Shown here in pieces: positions 8,960 to 17,624 of a stretch of 64,000 nucleotides of DNA. The notes under the pieces are model-generated. The model worked only from the letters and a program-made list of their open reading frames with translations. It was not told the DNA's origin and ran no database searches. The DNA is from Mycobacteriales bacterium (lineage in GTDB: Bacteria > Actinomycetota > Actinomycetes > Mycobacteriales > SCTD01), in contig JBBRNK010000014.1 of assembly GCA_038230355.1 (NCBI GenBank), forward strand, positions 24,747 to 88,746, written 5' to 3'. The translations under genes and the position numbers were made by a program. Numbering within the stretch: position 1 is the stretch's first letter; each line of letters begins with the position of its first letter.

Positions 8960-9729
8960 GCACCTGGCGGCTCACCGACGCCGACTGGAACTCCTGGCCC
9001 GACGGCCTTTCCGGACCCGACCACGTCCGGCAGACCGCCGCCCTCGGTCTCGAGGGCGTCGAGCTGGGGGTTTACGACGCCTCCGTCGAGCTCGCCCCGG
9101 AGCGGCTGGCCGCGCTGCCGTCCGACGTGCCCGTCACCGACGTGCTGCTGTCGCTGACGGTCGAGCGCTGGCCAGGCGGCGCCCTGTCCGGTGACGTGGA
9201 CCGGCTCGTGACGCAGGTGCGCGCCTGCGCGGACGTCTGCCGCTCGATGGGGCTTCCCGTCCTCGGGCTCTGGCCCGGTGCCGACCCCATCGGCGCCGAC
9301 GTCGTCGAGGGAGCTCGGCGGGTCGTCGAGGCGGCCGGCGATGTCCGCGTCGCCCTCGAGTACAAGCCCGGCACAGCCGTCGAGACCGCATCGGACGCCC
9401 TCGCTCTGTGCGGGCGGGTCCCGGGCCTCGGGGTCCTGCTCGACACCGGCCACGCCTACGCAGCCGGGGAGGACCCGGCGCAGGTCGTCGACGCCCTCGC
9501 AGACCTGCTCCTGCACTGCCACCTTGGCGATGCCGACCTCGGCGGCAGCGACGACGACCTGCCCTGCGGCAGGGTGCACGACCTGAGCTCGTTCGTGGCC
9601 GCTCTCGACGCCTCGGGCTTTCGGGGCACCGCCTCCTTCGACCTGTACGGCGCGGTCGTGGCCGGGCTTGCCACCGGCCGGGAGGCCGTGCGGGAGAGCC
9701 GCGACCACGTTCTGTCGAGGCGGGTGTGA
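8956..9729 (+). CDS. sugar phosphate isomerase/epimerase (xylose-isomerase-like TIM barrel)
   Basis: ATG in an ATGA overlap with the fabI stop. Motifs VALEYKPG, LLDTGHA and HCHLGD are typical of AP_endonuc_2-type TIM barrels. Confidence 0.75.
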   Translation: MSTWRLTDADWNSWPDGLSGPDHVRQTAALGLEGVELGVYDASVELAPERLAALPSDVPVTDVLLSLTVERWPGGALSGDVDRLVTQVRACADVCRSMGLPVLGLWPGADPIGADVVEGARRVVEAAGDVRVALEYKPGTAVETASDALALCGRVPGLGVLLDTGHAYAAGEDPAQVVDALADLLLHCHLGDADLGGSDDDLPCGRVHDLSSFVAALDASGFRGTASFDLYGAVVAGLATGREAVRESRDHVLSRRV

Positions 9730-10679
9730 GGGCGGTCGTCGCCCACGGTCCCGGCGACTTCCGCCTCGAGAACCTTGACGACCCGGACGCCCCCGCCGGC
9801 GGCCTGCTGGTCCGGGTCGAGGCCACCGGGGTCTGTGCGGCCGACCGAATGCTCTGGACCGGCCGCCATCCCTGGGGCGAGCTTTCGTGGCCGTTCACGC
9901 CGGGCCACGAGGTGGTCGGGACGGTCGTCGCCGGCCGCCTGCCGGTCGGGACGAGGGTGACCGCGGAGGTCAAGCTGCCCTGCGGCTCCTGTGCGTTCTG
10001 CGCCCGTGACGAGCAGCACCTGTGCCCGCACGGCCTGCATCTGGGCAGCGGGATCCCCGGCGGCTTCGCCGAGCTGCTCGCCCTGCCGCCGGCAGCGAGG
10101 GTGCACGAGGTACCCCTGACGCTCACCCTCGAGCAAGCCGTGCTCGCCGAACCGATGGCCTGCGCGCTGCACGCGGTCCGACGGGCCGGCGTGCGCGACG
10201 GCGACCGGGTCCTCGTCGCAGGCCTCGGAGGTCTCGGGGCGCTAGCCGTCACCGCGGCCCGCCACGCGGGAGCTGCGCGCGTAACGGCACTGGTGCGGAC
10301 CGACGAGAAGGCTCGGCTGGCAACCGATCTCGGCTACGACGACGTTGTGCGCCGGCCCACCGAGTCGTCGTACGACGTGGGGGTGGACGTGAGCGGGTCG
10401 GTCGACGCGGTCGCGGCCGTGCTGGCCGCCGTGAGGCCTGGGGGTCGGGTCGGCGCGTACGGCGTCTACGACCGGCCACTCGTGCTGGACCTGAACCAGC
10501 TGGGCGAGTTCGGCGAACGCTCCCTGGCCGGCGGGCACCTCGCTCCCAGCTGCTTCCCGGAAGCCATCGCCCTGCTCGCGCAGGTGCACGGCGTCGTCAC
10601 CGGCAGCCACCCCCTGGAGCGCGTCGCCGACGCGTTCGCCCCACGACCGCAGCGCATGAAGGAGATCGTGGTCCCGTGA
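9726..10679 (+). CDS. zinc-dependent medium-chain alcohol/polyol dehydrogenase
   Basis: GTGA overlap start. Catalytic-Zn context GVCAAD...GHEVVG, structural-Zn cluster CGSCAFCARDEQHLC, and nucleotide fold VAGLGGLG. Confidence 0.85.
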   Translation: MRAVVAHGPGDFRLENLDDPDAPAGGLLVRVEATGVCAADRMLWTGRHPWGELSWPFTPGHEVVGTVVAGRLPVGTRVTAEVKLPCGSCAFCARDEQHLCPHGLHLGSGIPGGFAELLALPPAARVHEVPLTLTLEQAVLAEPMACALHAVRRAGVRDGDRVLVAGLGGLGALAVTAARHAGAARVTALVRTDEKARLATDLGYDDVVRRPTESSYDVGVDVSGSVDAVAAVLAAVRPGGRVGAYGVYDRPLVLDLNQLGEFGERSLAGGHLAPSCFPEAIALLAQVHGVVTGSHPLERVADAFAPRPQRMKEIVVP

Positions 10680-11323
10680 CGCCCCGGCAAGCCGACCTCG
10701 TGGAGCAGCTCATCACCGTCGGCCGCAAGGCCGTGGCCGCAGGCATGGTCATCGGGTCCGGCGGCAACCTGTCGGCCCGCGAGCCCGGCAGTGACGAGTG
10801 CGTGGTGACCTGCTCCGGCTCGTGGCTCGACGAGCTGCGCCCAGAAGACTTCTCGGTGGTGGCGATCGATGACGGCACCGTCCGTGGCGGTCACCCGAAG
10901 CCAAGCAGCGAGGCGATGCTTCACCTGGCGACCTACCGGGTCCGGGCGGACGTGAACGCGGTGATCCACCTGCATCCGCAGACGTCGGTCCTGCTCGACG
11001 CCCTCGGCAAGGACATCCGGCTGCTGACGATCGACCACGCCTACTACGTCCGCGAGGTCCGCTCCACCCCCTTCATCCAGAGCGGTACCCCGGAGCTGGC
11101 GGAGGCCGGGGCCGCAGCCGTCGCCGACGGCTGCAACTGCGTGATCCTCGGCCACCACGGCTGCTCGGTCCTGGGCGAGACCGTCGAGCTCGCCCACAAG
11201 CGGGCCGCCAACCTCGAGGAGGCAGCGCGGGCCACCCTGACGATGCTGCAGCTCGGGGACACGACGACCGCCTGCCCCCCGGAGTACCTTGCCCGCGTGC
11301 GTGCCGGTGAGGGCTCGGTCTAG
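10676..11323 (+). CDS. class II (metal-dependent) aldolase/adducin-family protein
   Basis: GTGA overlap start. GSGGNLSAR, SSEAMLH, VIHLHP and GHHGCSVLG match the fuculose/ribulose-phosphate aldolase-epimerase family. Confidence 0.85.
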   Translation: MTPRQADLVEQLITVGRKAVAAGMVIGSGGNLSAREPGSDECVVTCSGSWLDELRPEDFSVVAIDDGTVRGGHPKPSSEAMLHLATYRVRADVNAVIHLHPQTSVLLDALGKDIRLLTIDHAYYVREVRSTPFIQSGTPELAEAGAAAVADGCNCVILGHHGCSVLGETVELAHKRAANLEEAARATLTMLQLGDTTTACPPEYLARVRAGEGSV

Positions 11324-12709
11324 ATGCTGCTGGTCGCCGGCCTGGACCTCGGCGGGTCGTCGGTGAAGGCCTGGGTGCAACAGGTCGGTGGCCCAATGGT
11401 CGCCTCGATCACGGTTCCCACGGTGACGGATCGACAGGGGTTCCGGGCCGAGTTCGACGCCACCTCCTGGGAAGCGGCGTGCCACGAGGCACTGGGGGCC
11501 GTCACCAAGGACCTGGCGGGTGAGTGGCTGGGAGTGACCGTGAGCTCGCTGCGACAGGGCTTCGTTCTCCTCGACGCCGGCGGCGGGGTGCTCGGTCCCG
11601 GGGTCCTCAACAGCGACCGGCGAGGGGCTCCCTACGCGCACGTGCTCGACGGGCAGCACTCCCTCACCGGTCACTGGCCGGCACCGGAGCTCACGTTGCC
11701 CAAGCTGCTCGCCGTCAAGGCCGAGGAGCCGGACCGGTGGGCACTGACGGCCCGCGTCCTGTTCCTGCACGACTGGCTCGTGAACGCCATGACCGGCGAG
11801 CAGGTCACCGAGGTGTCGTACGCCTGCGCCGGCGGCATGGCCGACGTCGCCCGCAGAGGCTGGGCCCGCGACCTGCTCGCGGCCTGCGGCATCCCAGACG
11901 GCCTGCTGGCTCCGATCGTGGAGGCCGGGACCGTCGTCGGGTCGCTGCAACCGGGGTGGGCACTTCCGACCGGGCTGCCGGTCGTGGCGGGCTGCGGTGA
12001 CACCCAGCTGGCCGCGATGGGCGCCGGCGGCCTCAGCGACGCCGTCGTGACCGTCGTCGCCGGCTCGAGCACCCCGGTCCTCGCCGCGACCCGCACCCCC
12101 GTCACCGATCCGCTGGGTCGGCCCTGGATCTCGACGCACGCGGCACCGGACCTGTGGGCCGTCGAGGGCAACGCCGGCTACCCCGGGTCCTTCTCCGGCT
12201 GGTGGGCGGGCATCGTCGACGCACCGTTGGCCGACGACCCCGGCGGCGTCGTCGCCGTCACCGCGGTCGAGCTGTGGTCCCAGCGCACCTGGGAGACCAA
12301 ACCTCCCTGGTCCCTGCTCCACCTGAGCCCGACGACCACCCCGGGCCAGGTACGCCGGGCACTGCTGGAGGCGCACGCGTTCTCGGTCGCGGCAGGCGTC
12401 GACGACCTCGCCCGGTTGCTCGGACCGGCCCGCCACGTCGTGGTCACCGGCGGTGCCGCTACTGACGGGGAGCTCCCAGCGCTGCTCGCGACCGTCCTCG
12501 GCCGCGAGGTCCGCTGGGACCGCGAGCCCAGCGCCGCCGCAGCCGGCACGGCCCTCGTCGCCCGCGCCCTCGATGCCGGCCCTGCCGACGAACACACCCT
12601 CCGACTCCCCCGAACCCCCCGCTCCCCGGGCGATCTCGCTGCCCTGGGCGACAGGCGCACGCAGTGGACCCAGGCCGTCGAGGCCCTGCGCGCGGTGGCC
12701 CCCTCGTGA
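11324..12709 (+). CDS. FGGY-family carbohydrate kinase
   Basis: ATG directly after the TAG of the aldolase gene. N-terminal GLDLGGSSVKAW and GCGDTQLAAMGAG motifs. Confidence 0.85.
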   Translation: MLLVAGLDLGGSSVKAWVQQVGGPMVASITVPTVTDRQGFRAEFDATSWEAACHEALGAVTKDLAGEWLGVTVSSLRQGFVLLDAGGGVLGPGVLNSDRRGAPYAHVLDGQHSLTGHWPAPELTLPKLLAVKAEEPDRWALTARVLFLHDWLVNAMTGEQVTEVSYACAGGMADVARRGWARDLLAACGIPDGLLAPIVEAGTVVGSLQPGWALPTGLPVVAGCGDTQLAAMGAGGLSDAVVTVVAGSSTPVLAATRTPVTDPLGRPWISTHAAPDLWAVEGNAGYPGSFSGWWAGIVDAPLADDPGGVVAVTAVELWSQRTWETKPPWSLLHLSPTTTPGQVRRALLEAHAFSVAAGVDDLARLLGPARHVVVTGGAATDGELPALLATVLGREVRWDREPSAAAAGTALVARALDAGPADEHTLRLPRTPRSPGDLAALGDRRTQWTQAVEALRAVAPS

Positions 12710-13647
12710 AGGCCCTCGTCACGGCGGAGTTCACCGCCGAGGGAATCCGGCGTCTGGAGGCGCTGGGCTACACGGTCGACAGGGCCGGCTGGGGCATGAC
12801 CCGGCGGGCCCTCGACCGGGCACAGCTGGTTGCTGCCGCCGAGGGCGCCGAGCTCCTGGTGACCGAGATCGAAGTCGTCGACGCCGACGTCCTCGCGGCC
12901 CTGCCCGACCTCCTGCTCGTCGCGACGGCCCGGGGTGGACCGGTCAACGTCGACCTGGCGGCGTGCACTGCTCGCGGGATCCCCGTGCTGTTCACGCCAG
13001 GGCGCAACGCCGACTCGGTTGCCGACTTCGTGGTCGGCACCGTCCTGTCCCTGGTCCGCGGCATAGCAGCCTCCGAGCGGCACCTGCGCGACACCGGATG
13101 GAACGTCGACGACGAGCTGCCCTACCTGCACTTTCGGGGACCCGAGCTGTCCCAGCTGACGGTCGGGGTCGTGGGCAACGGCGCGATCGGGGTCCGCGTC
13201 GGGCAGCGGTTCCGCGACGGTTTCGGGACGACCGTCGTCGTCCACGACCCGGTGCAGGGCATCGGGCCGTCGCTCGGCGAGCTCGCCGACCAGGTCGACC
13301 TGCTGACCCTGCATTGCCCACGCTCGCCCGCGACCCGGGGCCTGGTCGACGCCGCCCTGCTGGACCGCCTCGGGCCGGGCTGGATCGTCAACACTGCCGG
13401 CGGCGGCATCGTCGACGAGCAGGCCCTGTGCGACGCCCTCGATGCGGGCACCTTGCGCGGCGCAGCCCTCGACGTCTTCAGCTCCGAGCCACTCCCCAGG
13501 GACAACCGCCTGCTCCGCACACCTGGGCTGCTGCTCACCCCTCACCTGGCGGGGGCGGCCGACGACGTCGTGCGCCATCACACTGACCTGATCGTCGCCG
13601 ACGTCGAGCGCTGGCACCGTGGCGAGCCCCTGCTGCACCGCGCCTGA
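12706..13647 (+). CDS. D-isomer-specific 2-hydroxyacid dehydrogenase family protein
   Basis: GTGA overlap start. GVVGNGAIGVRVG NAD fold, and catalytic His in LLLTPHLAGAA. Confidence 0.85.
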   Translation: MKALVTAEFTAEGIRRLEALGYTVDRAGWGMTRRALDRAQLVAAAEGAELLVTEIEVVDADVLAALPDLLLVATARGGPVNVDLAACTARGIPVLFTPGRNADSVADFVVGTVLSLVRGIAASERHLRDTGWNVDDELPYLHFRGPELSQLTVGVVGNGAIGVRVGQRFRDGFGTTVVVHDPVQGIGPSLGELADQVDLLTLHCPRSPATRGLVDAALLDRLGPGWIVNTAGGGIVDEQALCDALDAGTLRGAALDVFSSEPLPRDNRLLRTPGLLLTPHLAGAADDVVRHHTDLIVADVERWHRGEPLLHRA

Positions 13648-13731
13648 CCCGCTGAGCGGCACAAACGGCGGTGCATGCAACACTGGTCGTCACTCATTAC
13701 GGGCTATTCCGTACCGTCACCTAGGAGCCAC

Positions 13732-14952
13732 GTGCGCCGCCTGCTCGCCACCGCCACCCTCGCCACCCTCGCGCTGAGCGCGTGCGGCTCCGGCTCGACC
13801 AGCGCCACCCCCAAGGCCAGCGGTGCAAGCTTCGCCGACGTCCTGACCCAGGCCAAGGGCCAGACCGTCAACTGGTACATGTACGGGGGGGACGACACCA
13901 TCAACGGCTTCGTCAACGGCTACGTCGCCGACAAGCTCAAAGCCCTCGGGGTCACGCTGAACCAGGTCAAGATCACCGACACGGTCACCGCCGTCGACAA
14001 GGTGCTCGCGGAGAAGCAGGCAGGCACGAAGGACGGCTCGGTCGATGCGATCTGGATCAACGGCGAGAACTTCGCGACCGGCAAGCAGGCCGGTGCGTGG
14101 TACTGCGGCGGCGACAAGAAGCTGGCCAACGCGAAGTACGTCGACTTCACCAAGCCGGCCGTCGCCAACGACTTCGGGCTGCCCGTCGACGGCTGCGAGT
14201 CGGTGTGGCAGCAGGCCAACTCAGCCCTCGTCTACGACAGCTCCAAGCTCACCGCGGACGACGTCAAGAGCGTGAGCAGCCTGTTCGCCTGGGCGACGGC
14301 GCACCCGGGCCAGTTCACCTACCCGGCTCCCCCGGACTTCACCGGCTCGATGGCCGTCCGCACCTTCTTCTACGACACCAACGGCGGTCCGACCGGGTTC
14401 AAGGGAGCCTTCGACAAGGCCACCTACTCGCCGGCCGCCACCAAGCTGTGGGACCGGCTCAACGCCCTCAAGCCCAGCCTCTACAAGAAGGGCGCGACCT
14501 ACCCGGCCGGCCAGCCCGACGTCGAGAAGCTGTTCGCCAACGGCGAGGTCGCCGCGTTCCTCACTTACGGCCCCGGCGGGGTCGGCGACCAGGTCACCAA
14601 GGGCGTCTATCCCAAGACCACCCGCGAGGCCGTCCTCGACGTCGGCAACATCAGCAACTACAGCTTTCTGAGCATCCCCGCCAACAGCCCGCACAAGGCC
14701 GCCGCCCAGGTGCTCGAGAACGTCCTGCTCGACCCGCAGACTCAGCTGCAGTTCTACAAGCTCTCGGGCAGCTTCCCCGCCATCGACCTCGCCAAGCTCA
14801 CCACCGCTGAGCAGGCGCAGTTCGCCGCCGTGAGCACCAGCCCCTCCGTGCTGCCCCTGACCGAGTTGACCAAGAACGCCCAGCCGGAGCTCACGAGCGG
14901 TTACGTCACCGCGATCGAGAAGGACTGGAAGACCAACGTCCTCCAGAAGTAG
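13732..14952 (+). CDS. ABC transporter substrate-binding lipoprotein, YnjB-like
   Basis: GTG preceded by AGGAGC. Signal peptide with lipobox (LALSAC). The body resembles E. coli YnjB-type binding proteins (VLAEKQAG...GSVDAIWINGENFATGKQAG). The ORF is also open from 13675. Confidence 0.8.
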   Translation: MRRLLATATLATLALSACGSGSTSATPKASGASFADVLTQAKGQTVNWYMYGGDDTINGFVNGYVADKLKALGVTLNQVKITDTVTAVDKVLAEKQAGTKDGSVDAIWINGENFATGKQAGAWYCGGDKKLANAKYVDFTKPAVANDFGLPVDGCESVWQQANSALVYDSSKLTADDVKSVSSLFAWATAHPGQFTYPAPPDFTGSMAVRTFFYDTNGGPTGFKGAFDKATYSPAATKLWDRLNALKPSLYKKGATYPAGQPDVEKLFANGEVAAFLTYGPGGVGDQVTKGVYPKTTREAVLDVGNISNYSFLSIPANSPHKAAAQVLENVLLDPQTQLQFYKLSGSFPAIDLAKLTTAEQAQFAAVSTSPSVLPLTELTKNAQPELTSGYVTAIEKDWKTNVLQK

Positions 14953-15013
14953 CCGCGTTCCCCGGGGACTGCGCATCGCCCTGCTGCTGAGTCCTGCGCT
15001 CGGCCTCGTCGGC

Positions 15014-15820
15014 GTGCTGTTCCTGGGGGGACTGGGACTCGGGGTGGCGCAGTCCTTCGGCTACCTGCCCTTCCTACCCGGCTGGCACTGGTCGCTCGAC
15101 GCCTACTCGGGTCTGCTCGACGACAAGGCCGTCCGGCAGTCGTTCGTCCTCACCTTCCGGGTGGCGTTCCTGTCGACCGGCCTGGCCGTCGTGTTGGGGG
15201 TCGGCAGCGCCCTGCTGATCCGGTCCACCCGAAGGGGCAAGCGGCTGCTGTCCGCGCTGTTCCAGAGCACCCTGCCCGTACCCCACGTCGTCGGGGCCCT
15301 CGCCATGCTCCTGCTGTTGTCCCAGGGCGGCACGCTGTCGCGGCTGACCAACGCGGTGGGCCTGACGCACGGCTCGCAGAGCTTCCCGGAACTGGCCGGG
15401 GACCGGTTCGGCTGGGCGATCCTCGCCGAGTACGTCTGGAAGGAGGCCCCCTTCATCGGGGTCGTCGTCCTGTCCGCCCTCAGCTCGGGCGTGGCCGACC
15501 TCGAAGACGCCGCCCGCACCCTCGGCGCGGGTCCCGCAGCCCGGCTGCGCCATGTCGTGCTGCCCCTCATCACGCCGGGCGTGCTCGCGACCTCGATCCT
15601 GGTCTTCGCCTACAGCTTCGGCTCCTACGAGGTGCCCTATCTGCTCGGTCGGCCCTACCCTGCCACCCTGCCCGTGGTGGCCTACCAGTACTACACCGAC
15701 GTCGACCTCAACGCCCGCCCGGTGGCGATGGCGATCTGCGTCGTCATCGCGGTCCTCATCGCCTCGCTGGTGGCGCTCTACATGCTGCTCGCCGAGCGCT
15801 TCGTCCGGAGGACAGCGTGA
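15014..15820 (+). CDS. ABC transporter permease (YnjC N-half-like)
   Basis: Multi-TM protein with an EAA-loop-like ARTLGAGPAARLRHVVLP. Start is uncertain: the frame is open from 14870 and encodes TM-like residues, but has no ATG/GTG/TTG before 15014. Confidence 0.8.
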   Translation: MLFLGGLGLGVAQSFGYLPFLPGWHWSLDAYSGLLDDKAVRQSFVLTFRVAFLSTGLAVVLGVGSALLIRSTRRGKRLLSALFQSTLPVPHVVGALAMLLLLSQGGTLSRLTNAVGLTHGSQSFPELAGDRFGWAILAEYVWKEAPFIGVVVLSALSSGVADLEDAARTLGAGPAARLRHVVLPLITPGVLATSILVFAYSFGSYEVPYLLGRPYPATLPVVAYQYYTDVDLNARPVAMAICVVIAVLIASLVALYMLLAERFVRRTA

Positions 15821-16611
15821 TCCGGACGCTTCCGCGCTGGCTGCTCGCGATCGGGCTGCTGCTGCCCTTCGTCCCCCTGCTGGTCTGGGCCGGCTCCGGC
15901 CAGTGGCGGTATCCGGCCGTCGTACCGCAGCGCGGGAGCGGGCGCGGACTGCGACTGCTCCTCGACCCCGCCTCCGACATCCCCCAGGGCCTGCTCACGT
16001 CCTTGCTACTCGGCGTCACCGTCAGCGTGATCGCCTGCGCGATAGGGCTGTGCGCCGGACGGGCGCTAGGGCTGTACGCGTTCCGGGGCAAGAGGGCGGT
16101 GCGGTTCCTGCTGCTCGCCCCGGCCATCGTTCCTGGTCTCGCCGTCACGCTCGGGATCCAGGTCTTCTTCCTGCGCTACCGACTGGCGGGGACGCTGCCC
16201 GGGGTCGTGCTCGTGCAGCTGCTGCCCACGATCCCCTACGTCACGCTCGTCCTGGGGAGCGCCTTTGCCAACTTCGAGACGGGCTACGAGGAACAGGCCC
16301 GCACTCTCGGCGCCGGCCCGCTGCGCACCTTCTGGCACGTCACGCTGCCGGTGCTGCGACCCTCGCTGGTCGTGGCGGCTTTCTTCGCGTTCCTCATCTC
16401 GTGGAGTGAGTACATCCTGACCCTGCTCATCGGCGGAGGCACCGTGAAGACCCTGCCGCTGCTGCTGTTCGCCTACATCGGCAGCTCCGACCAGAACGTC
16501 GCGGCGGCACTCGCCCTGCTGGTCGTGCTGCCACCGTTCCTGCTGGTGCTGCTCACGTCGCGCTTCCTCACCGGGAGCCAGACCGGCGCCGTCGGATTCG
16601 GTCGCCTGTGA
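15817..16611 (+). CDS. ABC transporter permease (YnjC C-half-like)
   Basis: GTGA overlap start. Multi-TM, with EAA loop ARTLGAGPLRTFWHVTLP. Confidence 0.85.
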   Translation: MIRTLPRWLLAIGLLLPFVPLLVWAGSGQWRYPAVVPQRGSGRGLRLLLDPASDIPQGLLTSLLLGVTVSVIACAIGLCAGRALGLYAFRGKRAVRFLLLAPAIVPGLAVTLGIQVFFLRYRLAGTLPGVVLVQLLPTIPYVTLVLGSAFANFETGYEEQARTLGAGPLRTFWHVTLPVLRPSLVVAAFFAFLISWSEYILTLLIGGGTVKTLPLLLFAYIGSSDQNVAAALALLVVLPPFLLVLLTSRFLTGSQTGAVGFGRL

Positions 16612-17624
16612 CCACCGGTACGACGGTCGAGCTCCGTGGCCTGACCAAGTCCTACGACGGCACGCAGGTCGTGGCCGGCCTGGACCTGGTGATCCGGCCG
16701 GGGTCGCTGACCGCACTGCTGGGCCCGTCGGGATGCGGGAAGACGACGACCCTGAAGGTCGTGGCCGGGCTGCTCGACGCCGACGCCGGCGACGTCCTTT
16801 TCGACGGCCGAAGCGTGTTGTCCCTGCGCGCGGAGCAGCGGCCGGTGGCGATGGTGTTCCAGAAGCCGCTGCTGTTCCCGCACCTCTCGCTCGGCGACAA
16901 CGTCGGCTTCGGGCTGCGGATGCGCAAGGTGCCCAAGAAGGAGCGGGTCGAACGGGTGGCGCGGGCCCTCGAGCTGGTCCGGCTGCAGGACCTGGCCTCC
17001 CGGCGGGTCGGCGAGGTCTCCGGTGGCCAGGAGCAGCGGGTGGCCCTGGCCCGCGCGCTCGTGACCGAGCCGTCCGTGCTGCTGCTGGACGAGCCCTTCT
17101 CGGCCCTGGACGCCAGTCTGCGTGGAGAGGTCCGTGACCTGGTCCGCGGGCTCCAGCAGGAGCTCGGGGTCACGACACTGTTCGTCACGCACGACCAGGA
17201 GGAGGCTGTCGCCATGTCGGACGACATCGCCTTGCTGTTCGAGGGACGCGTCGAGCAGAGCGGACCGCCGAGGGACTTCTACGCGGCGCCGGCCAGCATG
17301 CGGGTGGCCCGCTTCTTCGGGGGCCGCAACGAGCTGCCGGCAACCGTGCGGACGGGCATGGTGCACTCCGCCCTCGGGCAGTGGGCGACGTCCCGGACGG
17401 AGGGGGCTGCAGTGCTCACGGTCCGGCCCGAGGCCGTCGTACTGGCAGCGGAAGGCCTGCCCGCGAAGGTGCTCGAGGCCCGCTTCCTCGGTACCCACGT
17501 GGCCGTCACGGTCGAGCTCGCCGACGGGTCACGCCTGCGGCTGCACGCCCCACCCAGCACCGCATTGCCGTCCCACGTGCACCTGTCGGTCGACCCGGCC
17601 GCGACGACCCTGCTGGAGCCGTGA
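16608..17624 (+). CDS. ABC transporter ATP-binding protein (PotA/FbpC/YnjD-like, with C-terminal TOBE-like domain)
   Basis: Walker A GPSGCGKTT, signature SGGQEQRVALAR, Walker B LLLDEPFSALD. GTGA overlap start. Confidence 0.9.
   Translation: MTTGTTVELRGLTKSYDGTQVVAGLDLVIRPGSLTALLGPSGCGKTTTLKVVAGLLDADAGDVLFDGRSVLSLRAEQRPVAMVFQKPLLFPHLSLGDNVGFGLRMRKVPKKERVERVARALELVRLQDLASRRVGEVSGGQEQRVALARALVTEPSVLLLDEPFSALDASLRGEVRDLVRGLQQELGVTTLFVTHDQEEAVAMSDDIALLFEGRVEQSGPPRDFYAAPASMRVARFFGGRNELPATVRTGMVHSALGQWATSRTEGAAVLTVRPEAVVLAAEGLPAKVLEARFLGTHVAVTVELADGSRLRLHAPPSTALPSHVHLSVDPAATTLLEP

Noticed and set aside
10466-12595. 709-aa ORF on the minus strand
   Set aside because: It is fully antisense to three well-supported, motif-bearing plus-strand genes (ADH, aldolase, FGGY kinase). 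Its translation is Arg/Gly/Pro/Ala-rich with no recognisable motifs. This is a typical GC-rich shadow ORF.
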